A stretch of DNA of 64,000 nucleotides from Pelomyxa schiedti (Eukaryota; Protista; Evosea): NCBI GenBank assembly GCA_020536535.1, contig JAHLWZ010000801.1:62001-126000 (forward strand), written 5' to 3'. Under the pieces are notes generated by a model. The model ran no database searches and was not told the DNA's origin. It was given only the letters and a program-made list of their open reading frames with translations. A program made the translations under genes and the position numbers. Of the stretch, positions 39,717 to 51,333 are shown one piece after another; the first letter of the stretch is position 1; each line of letters opens with the position of its first letter.

Positions 39717-41468
39717 ATGTCGAAGGCGATTCCAACCGATTTGACCTGGAACTGCGTACTTGGTAGGAAAGAGACTGGCAATCAACGCTTGGACTATGAG
39801 TGCCGCTTCGTTATCGGCCAGAAAGAACCAAAGGGCTTTGCTCTCTTCAAGTCGGTCACTGAAAAAAAGGGCGACCCCCACATGCTCCGCATGCTTGGTA
39901 CATTGTACATCAGGGGGCAGGGAACGGATAAAGATCCAATCCTGGGAATGCACTACTTACACAAGGCCGTGGATGCCGGCAGCACCGCGGCACTATTTGA
40001 CATAGCCGGCTGCTACTTCAGCGGGAAATGTGGCATTGAGCAAGATTGGGCCAAATCTATTCCTTATCTCACGAAGGGGGCCGATGCTGGGGATGCCGAT
40101 GCAATGTATATCCTTGGAAACTGCTTCTTGGGTGGCATGGGAGTGGATAAAGATCCCAGCAAAGCAGCTGCTTTATTTCAGAAAGCTGCCGATCTTGGAC
40201 TTGCCGACGCATGCGTTGACCTTGGAGAGCTTTATATACAAGGCACAGGCGTTCCAATTGATGAGAAAAAGGCTATTCCTCTTTTCCAGAAGGCTGCAGA
40301 TGATCCCAAGCTTGGATGGAAGGCACAACTCAATCTCAGTGACTTCTACTTGTACGGCATGGAAGGAGTGTCACAGGATGTGAAGACAGGTCTCTCATAT
40401 TTGCAGAAAGCTGTTAAGAAAGGCGATCCAACTGGCTTATTTCGCCTTGGCAGATGTTATGACTTGGGAGTTGGTGTTGAGAAAAATGTCAAGAGGGCAA
40501 TCGACCTTTATAAGAGGTCCGTGGAAGGTGGTTGTGGAACAGCAATGTACGGCCTCAGTGAGCACTACCTTAAAGGCTATGGCGTTCCATTTGATCCAGA
40601 AAAAGCCATTTCACTTCTTCAGAAGTCAGCAAAGATGAACGATCGGCAAGGATTATGGCGCCTGGGCAGATGTTATGCCACTGGAGAAGGAGTCGAGAAA
40701 GACGCCAAAAAAGCAGTTGAACTTTACCAGAGGTCTGTGGGACGTGGTTGTGCAATAGCAATGTACGATCTCAGTGAGCACTACATGAATGGCGAAGGCG
40801 TTACATTTGACCCAGAACAAGCCGTTTCGCTTTTAGAGAGAGCATCAAACGAGGGAATCACTCCAGCAATGCGTAAACTTGCCAAGTACTACAAGGAGGG
40901 CATAGGAGTTGATGTGGACTTGATAAAAGCACTTTCGCTCCTGAAGAATGCCGCTGATGCCGGAGATACTCAAGCAATGATGGAACTCAGTGGCCATTAC
41001 GTCATGGGAGAAGGAATCCCCATTGACATGAATCGTGCGGTGCCGCTCATTCAAAGGGCTTATGAAATGGGGAACACTGAAGCCGGGATAACCCTTGGAT
41101 GGGGTCTGTTGATGGGTGCTTATGACATGAAACGCGACGTCCGCAGAGCCATTCCCATTCTGAAGAAGGCAGCAGAAGAGTCATCTGATGCAAAAACCAT
41201 GTTGGCTTTGTGCTACGAATGTGGCCTAGGAGTGAACAGGGACGTGAACAAGGCCAACACCCTTTTCCAGGAAGTCATTGATAAGGGCTATGCCAGTGCC
41301 ATCATCAAGGTTGCGACATACCTGGAACACGGTGCCTTTCACGGACCAAAAGACGTGACCAAGGCATATCAACTTTACACGAGGGCTGCTTGTGCTGGGG
41401 ACAAATCGGCACAAGCCAGTCTTTTTGAACTATTGGCTTGTTGCTTGAACGCATTCGAGGCAATTTAA
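39717..41468 (+). CDS. Sel1-like repeat protein, intronless, 583 aa
   Basis: About 13 repeats of roughly 36 aa such as AMYILGNCFLGGMGVDKDPSKAAALFQKAADLG, in a single uninterrupted ORF. Confidence 0.95.
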   Translation: MSKAIPTDLTWNCVLGRKETGNQRLDYECRFVIGQKEPKGFALFKSVTEKKGDPHMLRMLGTLYIRGQGTDKDPILGMHYLHKAVDAGSTAALFDIAGCYFSGKCGIEQDWAKSIPYLTKGADAGDADAMYILGNCFLGGMGVDKDPSKAAALFQKAADLGLADACVDLGELYIQGTGVPIDEKKAIPLFQKAADDPKLGWKAQLNLSDFYLYGMEGVSQDVKTGLSYLQKAVKKGDPTGLFRLGRCYDLGVGVEKNVKRAIDLYKRSVEGGCGTAMYGLSEHYLKGYGVPFDPEKAISLLQKSAKMNDRQGLWRLGRCYATGEGVEKDAKKAVELYQRSVGRGCAIAMYDLSEHYMNGEGVTFDPEQAVSLLERASNEGITPAMRKLAKYYKEGIGVDVDLIKALSLLKNAADAGDTQAMMELSGHYVMGEGIPIDMNRAVPLIQRAYEMGNTEAGITLGWGLLMGAYDMKRDVRRAIPILKKAAEESSDAKTMLALCYECGLGVNRDVNKANTLFQEVIDKGYASAIIKVATYLEHGAFHGPKDVTKAYQLYTRAACAGDKSAQASLFELLACCLNAFEAI

Positions 41469-42153
41469 CGGATCTACACACAACTTCATCAAAAAAAAAG
41501 AAATGGAAAAAATTAAGTGTCCGCAGTTGCCAAGAAAACGAAAAATTTAATTAAAACGAATCGTTTGCACGCGTAGAGGTGCGACCTTGGGCGTGCGTTT
41601 CGTCGCGACACGGAGCGTATGGCTACTATAATTCAAGCAGTGTGTTCCTCAACAACAAACATCCGAAAATGCGGCACCATTTGGGGTACGAAAGTGGTTT
41701 TTTTGTTCTGTTTCTTGTGTCTTGGTTTTTGTTTTTTGCTTTTGCTTTACCTTTTGTTCCTGCATGTTGTTTCCAGTGTGACTGCCTTCATGTTCATTCA
41801 TATGCAGTTCACTCAATGATATTTACGACTCTTTGCCTTGGCTATTAGGATCCTTTTTGTTTCCTTCTCAAGGTACGGAATATCCCTCTTTGCGTTCCTT
41901 CCTTTTTCCTTCAATTAATCTCGTGTTTAGTTTGAAGTTTGTTGTTGATGACACACTTGGGTGGTGGTGTTGGACTTTTGGAACAGTGTTGCTTGCGTGG
42001 GAGGAGTTTTGGAACATCGGAACAACATCGGAACAACATCGGAACAACAACTACAACAAACCCTCCTTAACTGAGGCATTCAATTCAGTCATCCCGAATC
42101 TCTCAGCACTCACTACAGTCACTCACTCCAGCAGCAGCAGCTGCTAGTTTTTC

Positions 42154-42338
42154 CCTCAAGGTAATTAACATCCTCCTTGTGCTTCTCAGAGATATTAATT
42201 TCGAGTTTGAATAGGTTGTTGTAATATATAATGACTACTTGACTCTCTTGTTGACACTCCAGCTGGTTTTTTCCTCAAGGTAATTAACATCCTCCTTGTG
42301 TTTCTCAGAGATATTAATTTCGAGTTTGAATAGGTTGT
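42154..42338. repeat. 66-bp direct repeat (42154-42219 and 42273-42338, one mismatch)
   Basis: cctcaaggtaattaacatcctccttgtg[c/t]ttctcagagatattaatttcgagtttgaataggttgt occurs twice, 119 bp apart. Confidence 0.92.
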
Positions 42339-42550
42339 GCTAAAAAAAGACTGCTGTAACTCAGCCACTTGCTTTTGTGGGAGCACAACTTTAAATGGAA
42401 TCCCTCAAGAGTGCATTTTGTATTAATGGTCAAGGTGCCCGGTCATTGTGGGGAACCCTCAATGGAAAGAACCGGAAAGCAAACCAGCTTTTTACGTGTA
42501 GTGTTGTTACTCAACAAAAAGCCCAAATTTATTTACGGTAATCAAAAGTG

Positions 42551-44101
42551 ATGTACGATAACGAGCAAGCGGAGGAGCCCCACAATAAAAAACCGCGCAC
42601 AGCAAAGAGACACAATGTTCCCAGCCGACCACAACCAGGGGCGAGCCTGGCAACGAGGGTGCAGTACCACCTGACGCGGATCCTGGAGGCTGCAAACGAC
42701 TCCAGTGGTAATAATGGGACTCATCTAGTCATTTCCGCCAAAGATCAGTTTATTGCCCTTTCGGTGGGTGCAATGATCAGAAGGTGTGCTGGTTTTCATG
42801 GCGACGACTACGAGAATGGCCGCAGAATGGAAAGACCAACGACAAGACCACCAATAGGAATGACGAGAGTATGTAGGGGGAGGCAGACCGCGGCCGGGAA
42901 TTATGGGAGTGCACTTTGGGTGCTGTCTGGGTGCCCTGGTGTGTTGAGTGTGTTGGGCCAGGAATGGGTCGTGGCCGTAGAGAGGAGGGCCGCCTTCACC
43001 ATTGCAGGCTGGATGGGCCTTTATGAGCAGAATTCTCCACCGTACCGTAGATATGGGATCGGCCCGCATATATTCATTGCGGTGTCTTACACACTCGGCG
43101 TTGTCAAATGCAGGCACTTTGTGACTGAGGGAGAAAGCCACTGCTGCCTTGAGGGATATATTGGGTCTGTTAACAGTCAATCAAAATTAGCAAGAGAGGA
43201 AAACCTAGAGAAACAGAACCCTGGAGAACCTATAACTACAAGTACAAATGTACACAGTTGTGGTCGAAGTGATGTCTCTGGTGGGGGGGGTGATGATAGG
43301 ATTGTGGTCTCGAGGAGCAACGGCTCAGTAGTGGATGTTATTGACTGCAGTGGAGTGGTAGTGAGGAATCTGTTCACACAAGGGAATTGGGGATATTCGC
43401 TTGTAAATGCCCACTGCAACTCACATTGGATCGTTCTGCACCATAGAGCTCGTGGCCCCCGGGATTCTGTTCTTTTCTGGAGGGTTGTTGATGGGCTTCC
43501 TGAAACGGGTTTACCTCACCGCCTGGCCAAAAGGTACCCTTCGGATGTATGTTTCTCTGGTTGGAATTGTGATGTTTTGCTGTTATTTGGCACCAACTTT
43601 GATGCCAACTGGGGATGTGTGACGCTGGTGGATTTGAAAGAGTCATGCGGAACGAACTCAGTTGTAGTCTTGCAAGAACTCACCACTCCCTACACAATGT
43701 ATCCAGAGAGGTTGGTTGGGTCAGAGTCCGAACCCTACATCATTTTTAACAAGCAGATTTACAGCCCAGAATCAAACCGTACCCACAAAATAGGGAATGA
43801 ATACCCCATTGATGTCATAAGCACAACACAGTTCTGCGTTTCTGGATTAGACACCAGAAACACCCCGATACAAATTTACACTGTGCCCAACATTGACGCC
43901 CCCAGTCTCACTCTCTGGCCCAGAAACATTACCGAGCCAGAACCATTGATTCTTTCCCCGTGCAAAATTCCGTTTCAGAGCGGGATTGTGGCTTGGAACC
44001 TATCTACCCCAACTCTCCTCAGAACCGGCACTGTCCTCACAGATCTCACAACAGGTACTCTTCTTGCCATCGTTCCGTGTGTTTCTGCCAAAACCACATA
44101 A
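42551..44101 (+). CDS. Intronless hypothetical protein, probably of a lineage-expanded family, beta-rich C-terminus
   Basis: 516-codon uninterrupted ORF from ATG 42551; N-terminal SAKDQFIAL...RRC segment; no catalytic motif recognised. Confidence 0.75.
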   Translation: MYDNEQAEEPHNKKPRTAKRHNVPSRPQPGASLATRVQYHLTRILEAANDSSGNNGTHLVISAKDQFIALSVGAMIRRCAGFHGDDYENGRRMERPTTRPPIGMTRVCRGRQTAAGNYGSALWVLSGCPGVLSVLGQEWVVAVERRAAFTIAGWMGLYEQNSPPYRRYGIGPHIFIAVSYTLGVVKCRHFVTEGESHCCLEGYIGSVNSQSKLAREENLEKQNPGEPITTSTNVHSCGRSDVSGGGGDDRIVVSRSNGSVVDVIDCSGVVVRNLFTQGNWGYSLVNAHCNSHWIVLHHRARGPRDSVLFWRVVDGLPETGLPHRLAKRYPSDVCFSGWNCDVLLLFGTNFDANWGCVTLVDLKESCGTNSVVVLQELTTPYTMYPERLVGSESEPYIIFNKQIYSPESNRTHKIGNEYPIDVISTTQFCVSGLDTRNTPIQIYTVPNIDAPSLTLWPRNITEPEPLILSPCKIPFQSGIVAWNLSTPTLLRTGTVLTDLTTGTLLAIVPCVSAKTT

Positions 44102-44795
44102 ATGTTTCAAAAAAAAAAACTCTTTGAATGGTGGTGAGAAAAAGGGCACAATAATTGGCTTCTTACGAACGGAAAGGGAAAAACCATCGTGGCATGCAAG
44201 GAGGAGTTTGCGGGGGTGCCGTGGAGATGCTGACAGCCTATCAAGACGCCCATAACCGGCATAAGGGAAGGTCACTTTTATTCTGCCGTCTTTCCGATCC
44301 AGGGCCCCTGCGATGTTTGTTGTTTCTCAACTCGGCCCAAGACAGTTCTCACCCCCACCATCCCACAAGTCGGAGTTACGGAAAATTTTTGAGCATACAA
44401 GCGGGGACCCCGCCCCAAACTTTGGCCCCGAGGTCTGTGTGCGGCTATCCTTTGTCCTCTTGTTGCCGTGCTACATCGAATTCTAAAACCAAACAACTAT
44501 GACTCTCTTAAGGTAATAACCAACCACCCAACTAGTGGCGAGCGTTTGAGGATGACGAGGCGGCTACCTTTAATTCCCCAAGCACTCAGCGCTAACTCCT
44601 TCCTGACCTGGGAGGAGCCCCTTGGGTAAAGGACTGCCGTTGCCGGCCTCGGGGTCTTATTTTTTTGGGGTTTGCGGTTTTATTTATTGCCTTGTGTGTT
44701 TGTTGTGTAACATATGTTTGGAACCCACCATAACCAAATACTTATGCAAAATAACCAATAATGGTTGGTGGGAAGTAAAAGAAACAAGAAACTTT

Positions 44796-46299
44796 TTATG
44801 CTCTGGAAAATGACAAAATTTTTACAATTAGATTTATACACAGTCCAGTAACAAGACCTTTGTATTGGGGAAGTGTGAGAAGAGGTAAAGGTTGCTTTTG
44901 ATTGGGAATGAAGTACCTAGTTTAGTTCTCTGTGACAAGGATTTGTCTCTCATCTGGTGACTGTTAGGCTACACTCGGGATTTAGATTGTACTCACCCAA
45001 AAGACCATCACTATACCAAGTAACATGCCTATAATTACACCATAAACCATATCCATGTTGGAGCCCTCCCCTGCTCTTACTCTTCCAACGATGTTGTAGT
45101 GCATTGAATAGGGGTTATTGTTGGCAGCTACTGGCCGAGTTTGCGGGGTTGCTAATGATGGTAAGTAAAGCAGTAATAGAATAAAATTATAGAATTTTAC
45201 CTTCACGCAGCCCGAGCATCTCGTCCACCATCACGTCTTCAGCAGCCAACCTTGCATTAGGTGAAATATCTACAGTAGTTGTGTCTCTATTTGCATGAAA
45301 TGTGTCACGGAGTTGAGCAATTTCTCCATGAGAAAAGCCCAAGGTAATCAGCCGATCAAAGCCATGAGTTTCTTCCTCTCCATAGAGAAGCGGGGCATGT
45401 GCGTTTGTGTTGGTGTGTGCGTGGCGGCGGCGCCCACGAGAGTTAGTATGTCCACGACTGTGGCTGTGCCTGTGACTGTGATTGTGACTTCTAGAGCCCT
45501 CAGTATCCTTTAAGATGTGAGTGCTGGGCTGTTTTTATTTTAAGGAGACAAACCACTGGTACTCGAACTTCAGGCCTGGAGTCCGATACTACAGCATGAA
45601 CAACACAGTCCTGTACAATTCCAAGAGACTCCAAAGTTGCAGCTGGTTGGGATGATCTTCCTTTGAAAATGATTTTTACAGTCTTATCCTGCAACTCTGG
45701 GCATTCGTGCAAAACCTGTTTGTTTGTTCAAATGATGAGTGGCAGACTTTGAACAACGCCCAAAAGATGATTTGACACAAGCAATCAAATGAAGGAAGGC
45801 AAACGCTCAGAGACTAAATCAAGAGGTATGTAGGTACCAATCGGATGAGCGCGGCCACAGTGTCCTCCGGCACAACCCGCACTCTGACCGTGCGCCGCGG
45901 CAAAACCTTCACAGTCACACTAATCACGCCGCCGGCCACAGAATCGCCGCGGCTCTCCGCGGCCGCCTCCAGACTCTCACTCGGCACCAAAGCGGCGTAG
46001 GTGCCGGCCGCCGCGTTTCCGCTTGCGTCGGCGTCGGCGTTTGCGTTGGTAGTCCCCGTTTCGACGCCGCTGCCGATCCCGATGGCGCCGCTTTCGCTGC
46101 CGCTGCTGGGGCTGGTGCCCGCGTAGTCGCTTTTTGTCGCGGAGGATCGCGTTTCGTCGCAGATCGGCTGCGACGGCGATGGGGACGACGACGGGGGCTC
46201 GGCGGCAGCCGCGGGGTACGTGGATCTCGATTTGGTGTCGGAGACAGGTGCGGTTGCAGTTGGCCCGTTGTCGTCGCTTTCGTCGGATGAGGCCTTCAT
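44796..46299 (-). CDS. Dsc3-like protein (ubiquitin-like domain, UBA-like helix, C-terminal TM segments)
   Basis: UBL VTVKVLP...DTVAALIRL...VKIIFKGR...TLESLGI..DCVVHAVVS; HGFDRLITLGFSHGEIAQLRDTF; TM DMVYGVIIGMLLGIVMVFW and GLVTGLCINLIV. Confidence 0.72.
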
Positions 46300-46394
46300 C
46301 ACCTCGACAAAAATTTACAATTTTTTTGGTTTTGTTCGGTTCCAACGAGATTGTGTGCACACACGGAACAAATCGATCGAAGGATCCAAATTGG

Positions 46395-49300
46395 ATGATT
46401 CTCTGGCCCCCGGTGGCGGTTTTTGTGCTTCCGTCACTGTGCCTCACAAATAAGAAGAGTGTCAGTGATGAGAGACCTGTTTTTCACAGACCAGGAAAAC
46501 ATGCAAAGTTTTTGAAAGCGATTGTGAATAAAACAAAAAAAAACCAAACAAACAAAGTTTCTCACCCAACCCCTCCCGAAACGGCGTCGTCGACGAGTGC
46601 AGCAGGCACGACCCCGCCGCCCAACCCCGGCGCCGCCGCAGCCGCGGGGCCCAAGAAGCGCAAGGGCCTGTACGGCTCGTTCAGCGAGGGCCTCGAGACC
46701 TACCGCCGCGACGTCGGCGCCATCCGCTCCATGCTGACGCAGATCCCCGACGACCCGCGGGCCATCGACGGCGGCGACTGCGCCATGCACCGCATGTTCT
46801 TCAAGAGCATCGCCAAGCAGGCCGAGCGCTGCGCCGCCTTCTGCAACGCCCTCGTCCAGATCGTCCGCGTGCAGGCCGCCTTCCGCGGCCGCCGCGTCCG
46901 CCGCTCCTTCTGCATCTCGTCATCCCCTCAGTCTCAGTCCCAGTCACAGCCCCAGGCTCACCCTACGGTAGTGCCCAGGATGATGAAACTGTGGAAATCT
47001 GCGGAACTAAGGGCGAGGAACGACGCTCTGAGGGATTTGATGAAGGTCGAAATCACTTTTCGGCGAAAGGTGTCGGCGCTGAGGGACGGCTTCGCTGCGC
47101 CGCTGAGGCAGTCCCTCGAGACCAAGGCGCCGTTGCTGACGGGGCAGGAAATCGCCGCAATTTTCTCGCCGCTGGATGCAGTTGCTGCCATTGATGACAC
47201 GATTTACAAGAAGCTGGATGAGGTATATTCCACTCACTGGCCATTTGTGTGCAATGTGGGTGAGGTGTTCACAAGTGTGGCTCCTCAGCTGTCTGCTTAT
47301 GGCCAGTATTCCAAAAATGGTTTGTTTCCGGAACAATTCTTATTTGTTCTATTCACACTCCTCTTTTCTTTTTCCCACTCCCTTCATTCTCTATTCGTTT
47401 TTGGAGTGTTCTTTTAACAATAATGATTTAGTCCCCATTGCCGTGCAGACGGTAATCATGCTGAGCCAGACTAATCCTCGGTTTGCCACCTTTTTGGCCC
47501 AAGTGGAATTGGAAGGTGACCTTGAAGGTGCTCGCCTCATTGACCTTCTACCAGCTCCACTTCAGCAAATTTCAAAGTACGAAATATCAATGCAAAGTCT
47601 CATGGAGGCTACTGCTAAGTTGGCCCACAATAATGCCTTCTCGCACTTGATCCCTCCAACTGAACTCGAGTCGTTAGCTACTGCCACTACCCTGTTACAG
47701 CGCGTCAACATGGTTGGTTGGACTACTAGTTCGTTTTACTCATTACTAAAGCCGTCACTAGGTTCTCTATGTGAGCTATGAAATGTCAAGCAATAGAAGT
47801 ATGGTGGTAAGCATTCTTAAAAACCTTGCCAACAGTAAGGCACTGGAAGGAGAATCCAGCCGGCGTTTTATCAGTGAAGGAGACTGCACTATAGTCAGTA
47901 AAAGCCACTTGCTGCACAAAGAGAGCAAGCGACATTTCTTTCTGTTCAATGACGTTCTTGCACTAGCAAAGCGTAATCGCATTTCATATAATGCCAAAGA
48001 GTTGTTGTGGCTGAAAACAGTGAAACTCGAGCCTGTCCCACCTACCGATGGTGGAGCCACTTCCATTATGCTCGTATCACCTCAGAGAAGTATCTTGATG
48101 ATTCTTTCAACTCCAAGTCAAGCTGCTGAAATGGAAACTCAAATTTCATTTCTGATTCAAAGCAGTGTCTCACCGGCACTGGTTTTTGGAGGTGACTTGA
48201 GCGAATTGGTGATAAGAGATAGCTCCAACGGTGTTCCGTCAGTTCTACAAATACTGGCAAACCTCCTTCTTCCCCATCTTGGGACAGAAGGGATATTTCG
48301 TGAAGCGGGAAACAAACAAAAGATAGAAGAGTTACAACGTGCCTTCAATGAGTCCAAGTGGGAGGGTGTAGATATCATTGGAGAATATGGCATACATTCT
48401 GTCGCTTCGGCAAGGCCTGAAAAAAACCAACATTATATATTTATTTATTAGGGTTTGGGGCTTTCGTTTTTACCCATATCCTGGATATGGCTCTTTTGCT
48501 GAACATTTTCAAAATAGACATTCAAGTCTTTCTTCTCTACTCTTCTGGAGCCACTATTTCCCTACCCTGTTTATGATAAAATGGTAACTCTTGCTGACAA
48601 CAAGACGATTTCCAATGCTGAAAAACTTTCCTCAATGAAGACCATGCTTACTTCCATGCCTACATGTAACAAGTCTGACTTCCTTTCTACCATCTGTCTA
48701 CTCATGTTTTTCCATATTGGCAATCAGAAATGTACTTTCTTTTCTGCTTCAGTTTATATCAACTGCTGCCACACATTCTGCTTCAAGTATGATGACACCA
48801 AGAAATTTAAGTATTGTTTTTACTCCAGCCATTCTTCGTCCCCAGGTTAGAGGTTTTTTTTAAAAAAAAATTGATCCTTTACTAGGTAGTAACAGTAGAA
48901 ACGACTGTAAAATGCTTAGATCTTGTGGACCTGGTGCAAATTTTGGTTGAAGACTGCAATGAAATTATGGTTCTTGACAAACCTGAAGAGGGAGCTAGTC
49001 CTACAGCACTGCCCAAGAGCCACATCGAACGAAAGCCACCCCAGCAAGTTCAGCCTCAAGCACACCCACAAGGGCCATCCCAAACACCTAGACAACAACC
49101 ACGCACACCAACCCAGCCACAATCGCCAGGCCAGCTCCAGCCGTCACAAACTAGACAGATACTCAGGCAGAACCCTGTACAATCGTCATCCCCATCACCT
49201 TCACAACCGACTGGTTCTCAGGCCCAGCCGGCTACCTCACAGCAAACGCCAATATCAACTTCGCAGCCGCTTCTACACCAACCACCTACTCCCTCAGCTC

Positions 49301-49821
49301 CACTACAAAACTCCCAATCTGTAATACAACAAAATCATTCACCCAGGCATGCTCCTACACCACCACTGGCAACATCGCAAATCCACCAGCAACCACCCGA
49401 TAGAAGCCAGCCGTCTTCTTCTTCGCCCTCACCGCGGCGAAAACTTAGCAATACAGAAGGAGGCACAGCCCCTGTGTCCTCAAGCCCTCAAATTTCAACT
49501 CAAAAAACATTTGCAGGACTGAAAGTCAAACCCCCAACACCGGTTTCACCTCCTGCAACCCCGGCTGTGACACAGCAAGCAGAAACGGAACCATTCTTCC
49601 CTCTTTCAGGTTTCCTCACCTAGCATTACACTATTTGGCTCACTCTCAATGAAACAGTTCTACAGGCACGTCCACTTCCGGCAGCTGTGGATTCTACACG
49701 AATTCCCTTCTTTTTGAGCCCAACAGAATTCATGGCTACGTTTGGGATGACCAAGGACAGTTTCAACAAACTCCCACCATGGAAACAAACAACCCTCAAG
49801 AAGGAGACTGGTCTCTTTTAA
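46395..49821 (+). CDS. IQ + RhoGEF (DH) + PH + RhoGAP + Pro/Gln-rich linker + villin headpiece protein (start uncertain)
   Basis: [16 protein letters not shown]; [17 protein letters not shown]...IAAIFS...[12 protein letters not shown]; PH RRFISEG...[10 protein letters not shown]; GAP VFGGDL...GVPSVL...EGIFREAG; headpiece [35 protein letters not shown]. Confidence 0.85.
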
Positions 49822-49921
49822 GCAAAAACAAAAAAATATGTGTAATAGAATAACGAAACAAACTTTTTTTACTTTATGATGTTTTGCACTACGGTGTTTG
49901 ACGAAAATCGGCCTCCAGAAA

Positions 49922-51047
49922 TTAACCCCAGAAAGGACCAGCCTTTTGCATCTTGCGAGTGCATATCTGTTGATAGATAAGAATAATGCTCTGTAAGTAA
50001 AAAGTACCTCAGCAGCAAAGTTCAGAGCCTCTTGTCCAACCAAACCTTTTTGCAACAGTGCTGTAATGAACCTTGGAAGAGTTGATAGAAAATCAGTATG
50101 TAAGGAAAAGCATACGCTGCAGTTACAGTATCACCCCTTCCAGTCCTGCCCTCAAGCTTCCAGGAACCCCATCGAGCTTCAAAGAGAGAGCCATCTTTTC
50201 GGGAGAGGAACACACCATCTTGATGAGTGGCAAGAATGTCATTGGCACCGGCTTGATGGAGAAGCCTACAAGCACTGGGGAGGTCAGCAGAGCCAGTTAA
50301 CAGCTCGCCCTAAAGAATGTCACGTGTAACGTAATTTTTGGCCTAATACTTCTAGTGAGTCTATTTTGAATAGATCTATGTAAGGGAGCCATTGTTCCAT
50401 ATGTTGCCAAGGGTGTCGCACCATCACAGTATCTTCGACGCACCTCACGAATCCCTATTAAAAAGTAAGAAACATAATTAATAATGAATTCGTACTTGAG
50501 CATCAGCAGCCAGAAATGGCGTCTTCTTCTTGAGGAGTGGGAGGAGTAACTCGGGACAAGCACCTACATCCTGCGATCAGGGAGAATCATTGTATACTGA
50601 GAAGTCACCTTTATACAGTGGGTTCAACATAATACAAGGACAATTTGGCAGCGATGTAATGTCCCCCTCAGTAAATGGGTCAGCCAACGTCACAGCCACA
50701 GTCACACGATTGTCGGGATTTCCTGTCGGGAAAGCGTGCTCGCATTGAGTGGACTCCACAGACGGTAAGTAAGTCACTTTCACTCCTGCAAGCAAAGGTT
50801 TAGGAAAATCAGCAGATGGACGCGCGAGCCAACCAGCTCTTGCAAAGTCGGCCGTGTACAGCGGAACATCCTTAGCGGCGCACTTTGTGACAACTGACAC
50901 ATTTGACATCCCGCACGAGCTGCAAGCAATGCCGCCGTAATAAACGCCCCCACCAGCCACAAAGATCGGAGATCCGTCGCCGCGTGTGCCTATTTTGTCA
51001 CGAGCCGTATCGCCAACAAACAACACAGAAGGAGTAGTCGCAGCCAT
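49922..51047 (-). CDS. PfkB/ribokinase-family carbohydrate kinase, multi-exon
   Basis: N-terminal FVGDTARD...AGGGVYYGGIA; C-terminal signature GRTGRGDTVTAAY; ends KMQKAGPFWG*. Confidence 0.78.
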
Positions 51048-51333
51048 GTCCGATGACGGATTGTTCACGAGACGTTCAACAGCACGAAAGAGATCCTGTC
51101 TCCAAGGAAATGAAAAGGTGATGAAATCGGGGGGGTGCTGTCATTTGGGAACACATTTTTGAAGATTATTATTAACAAGGGGAAAACTGCTGGGGAAAAG
51201 CTAAAAGCTTCGTTCTTTTTTCACGTCTATTTTGCGTAGTGACCACGCGGGTGATGCATAAGATGAAGTGGAAGGTGTTGACTTGTCTTCTGTGACCACC
51301 AGGCAGGCACAGGCCAATTCTGTGAAATCTAAT

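Noticed and set aside
42011-42338. Repeats considered as a CRISPR-like array
   Set aside because: Only two long copies plus a short tandem repeat, no repeat-spacer periodicity, no cas genes, eukaryotic context.
44102-44790. Possible small gene or mobile element in GC-patchy intergenic DNA
   Set aside because: Only short ORFs without recognisable motifs, and no terminal repeats or target-site duplication that I could identify.
46134-46394. 5' extension of the 427-aa ORF
   Set aside because: Non-ATG start overlapping the antisense first exon of the Dsc3-like gene; most likely open by chance in GC-rich DNA.
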